This document shows positions 31,270-33,201 of a stretch of 33,201 nucleotides of DNA, piece by piece. The first letter of the stretch is position 1. The number at the start of each line of letters is the position of its first letter. Position numbers and translations under genes: made by a program. The stretch comes from a virus. Its lineage: Duplodnaviria > Caudoviricetes. The DNA lies in IMG/VR virus record IMGVR_UViG_3300044681_000374, positions 1 to 33,201 of that record, one strand, 5' to 3'. Below the pieces are notes generated by a model. The model was not told where the DNA came from and made no database searches. It saw nothing but the letters and a program-made list of their open reading frames with translations.

Positions 31270-33201
31270 GTGGCCAACGCCTACGTCAACTACCCGCGGA
31301 CGGGCAGCAACCGCACCTTCACGGTGCCATTCAGCTATCTGCAGCGGAGCCACGTTCGCCTCTACTACGGCTACAACCTGGCCAAGGGCACTTTCACTTC
31401 TCAGTTGACGCAGGGCGCCGACTGGCGATGGGTCAACGACACGACCATCGAGCTGGATTCGCCGATCCCTCAAGGGCAGACGCTGACGATCATCCGCCGC
31501 ACCCCATCGGTCGAGCCGCTGGTCAGGTGGAACAACGGCACGCTCAGCGCTGACGACCTCAACCTTTCCGAGCTGCAAAGCCTCTACCTCGACCAAGAGC
31601 AAGAGGACCGCCAAGACAGCACCAGCGGCCAGTCCACGCAGGCGCTGACCGCCGCCAACAATGCGCTGACCACCGCCAACAATGCGCTGGTCGTGGCCAA
31701 CGAAGCACTGGCGAACGGCGGCGATGGTGATGGCGATGGGACGGCATTTGTGGTGGTGCCGGATGTCGCCGGGATCCCAGCTTCACCTGCAGATGGCGAC
31801 GGCATCGAGATCGCCAACTCGATCGGGATCGAAAACTTCTCCCCACTCGCGGGCCTCCCCACTGGCTTCATTGGAGACGCTGGACTTCGCGTGCGCCTGG
31901 CGTATTCGCAGCAGTCCTGGCAATGGGTTCAGTATTACCCCGCCGACCCCGAGAACCGATACGCAAAGATCAGCCCACCTTCTCTGCGCTTCACCTTTGG
32001 CGTTGTCGGGCGGTCGCTGCAGCCAGGCCAGGGCAGCGATGTCGTCATCCCCGCCGCCGGGGTGAAGCTGGCCGATTTCGTGGATCGAGTTTCCTACTCG
32101 AAGCCTCTGCCTTCCGCGATCAAGGTCACTGTTCAGTGTCTGATTGATGAGCTGCTGGCGACGTTCCGCAACGTCAGCGACGTTGCCAGCTACGTCTCGT
32201 CCGGCGTGCTGGCCGTCGAGGTCACGCAAAACATCGGTGCGATGCCGGAGCCGCCGCCGGAGCCGGAGCCGGACCCCGACCCGGAGCCGGACCCCGATCC
32301 CGACCCCGAGCCCGACCCCGAGCCCGACCCGGATCCCGACCCCGAGCCCGAGCCCGAGCCCGAGCCGGACACCAGCATCGTGGAGCCGTTCACTACTCAG
32401 CAGTCCGCGATCGACAACGGCTGGACAGGAGTTGGCAATGCCGCGACCGGCCACTCGTTCGGGTGGCAGAACTCCAGCGCAGTCAGCGGCACGGCTGGCG
32501 CTGCAGGTGGAGTGTTCGCCCGCGCATCAGCCTTTGCCTATTACGCCGACACCAACATCGAGGAGGTTACCCGCGTCAACACGCTGCGACTGGCGGGCAG
32601 CTTCCGGCTGGCGAACAACGATTTTGACGGGTCGTTCTACCTGGGCTACTTCAACCCAGCCACGCTCGTTTCGGGTGCGCCCCCAACCCAGTTCATTGGC
32701 ATCGAGTTCGCCGAGCCCAGCGGCGGCGCATCCAACCCTTTTCGCGGGATCGTCAAGGTGCTGGGCACCGGCGGGGCGTCCAGTGCCGTCATCAGCCTCA
32801 CGCAGAACGAGACCCACGATGTCGATTTGCTGTGGACCGGCCGAGCCGATGGCTCAGGCACCCTGGTTGGCTTGCTCGCCGGCGAGGCCATCAATCTCTC
32901 GATCGCTGCAGGCACTGCCAGCTTCACCGCCTTTGGCCTCCTGGCCGGCGGCCTAGGTGTCGCCAATGCTGGCGAACAGACTGGCACCTGCCTGTTCGAC
33001 AACCTCCGATACCGCAACGGCTCCGAGCCTGTAACGCCGCCCCCGCCCCCGCCGGAGCCGCCTGGGTCGATCTCCTTGGCTGATTCCATCGTCCCCTCCC
33101 AGGTGTTCGATGCCAAGGACTACGGAGCGGTGGGCAACGGGGTGAAGGACGACACAGCAGCCGTGCAGGCCTGCATTGACGCTGCGAGGGCCGCAGGGAA
33201 C
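31270..33201 (+). CDS. Tail fibre/tailspike: T7 gp17 N-terminal adaptor, Pro-rich linkers, lectin-like domain and start of a pectate-lyase-3 beta-helix; 3' truncated, absent from the ORF track
   Basis: Hand translation from GTG: MANAYVNYPRTGSNRTFTVPFSYLQRSHV...IIRRTP...LSADDLN..ELQSLYLDQE. The frame stays open to the end: FDAKDYGAVGNGVKDDTAAVQACIDAA. Confidence 0.92.
   Translation, partial: MANAYVNYPRTGSNRTFTVPFSYLQRSHVRLYYGYNLAKGTFTSQLTQGADWRWVNDTTIELDSPIPQGQTLTIIRRTPSVEPLVRWNNGTLSADDLNLSELQSLYLDQEQEDRQDSTSGQSTQALTAANNALTTANNALVVANEALANGGDGDGDGTAFVVVPDVAGIPASPADGDGIEIANSIGIENFSPLAGLPTGFIGDAGLRVRLAYSQQSWQWVQYYPADPENRYAKISPPSLRFTFGVVGRSLQPGQGSDVVIPAAGVKLADFVDRVSYSKPLPSAIKVTVQCLIDELLATFRNVSDVASYVSSGVLAVEVTQNIGAMPEPPPEPEPDPDPEPDPDPDPEPDPEPDPDPDPEPEPEPEPDTSIVEPFTTQQSAIDNGWTGVGNAATGHSFGWQNSSAVSGTAGAAGGVFARASAFAYYADTNIEEVTRVNTLRLAGSFRLANNDFDGSFYLGYFNPATLVSGAPPTQFIGIEFAEPSGGASNPFRGIVKVLGTGGASSAVISLTQNETHDVDLLWTGRADGSGTLVGLLAGEAINLSIAAGTASFTAFGLLAGGLGVANAGEQTGTCLFDNLRYRNGSEPVTPPPPPPEPPGSISLADSIVPSQVFDAKDYGAVGNGVKDDTAAVQACIDAARAAGN
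31642..31689 (+). repeat. 21-bp tandem repeat encoding heptads (ALTAANN/ALTTANN/AL)
   Basis: GCGCTGACC(G/A)CCGCCAACAAT twice plus a partial copy; coiled-coil neck of the fibre. Confidence 0.8.
32245..32370 (+). repeat. Hexamer microsatellite-like repeat (CCS GAS)n encoding a Pro-Glu/Pro-Asp linker (42 aa)
   Basis: About 20 consecutive CC(C/G)GA(C/G/T) units in the tail fibre frame. Confidence 0.92.

Larger units (their letters stand above)
1..33201 (+). mobile_element. Temperate T7-like podophage genome segment, apparently in the non-integrated (attP-intact) configuration
   Basis: Collinear T7-type gene order (RNAP, SSB, exonuclease, portal, scaffold, capsid, tube A/B, internal proteins, fibre), all on one strand with many ATGA/TGATG overlaps. 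An integrase is present and phage genes lie on both sides of the tRNA-derived att core. Confidence 0.95.

Noticed and set aside
32245-32370. CRISPR array or DGR-type repeat
   Set aside because: No spacers and no reverse transcriptase in the window; it is a coding hexamer repeat.
32144-32956. Ser/Pro/Arg-rich 270-aa ORF and the antisense (GS)n ORF at 32190-32393
   Set aside because: Alternative frames of the PE/PD repeat; the real frame is the continuous tail fibre from 31270.

Overview
The whole window is a high-GC, T7-like (Autographiviridae-style) podophage genome segment with essentially all real genes on the + strand. The host is probably a picocyanobacterium (inferred from gene families and the tRNA fragment). 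Gene order: ArdC-like protein (5' truncated), small early ORFs, two MarR-like winged-HTH regulators, tyrosine integrase, an intact attP carrying the 5' half of a CAT-anticodon tRNA, single-subunit RNA polymerase, gp2.5-like SSB, RusA resolvase, a block of lambdoid-looking small genes, gp6 exonuclease, two gp6.7-like proteins, portal, a DUF2829/Tad2-like insert, scaffold, major capsid, tail tube A/B, gp13-16-like internal virion proteins and a gp17-like tail fibre that runs off the end. Most notable: (1) no T7 primase-helicase or DNA polymerase at their syntenic position, with an initiator/loader-like gene pair there instead; (2) a 16-bp palindrome TCTGCA-N4-YGCAG at six module boundaries; (3) an attP geometry that would put the host tRNA promoter in front of the RNAP gene on integration; (4) a 1375-aa internal virion protein with a ParB-like module and an HExxH domain. 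All protein calls come from motif recognition by eye, not from database searches.
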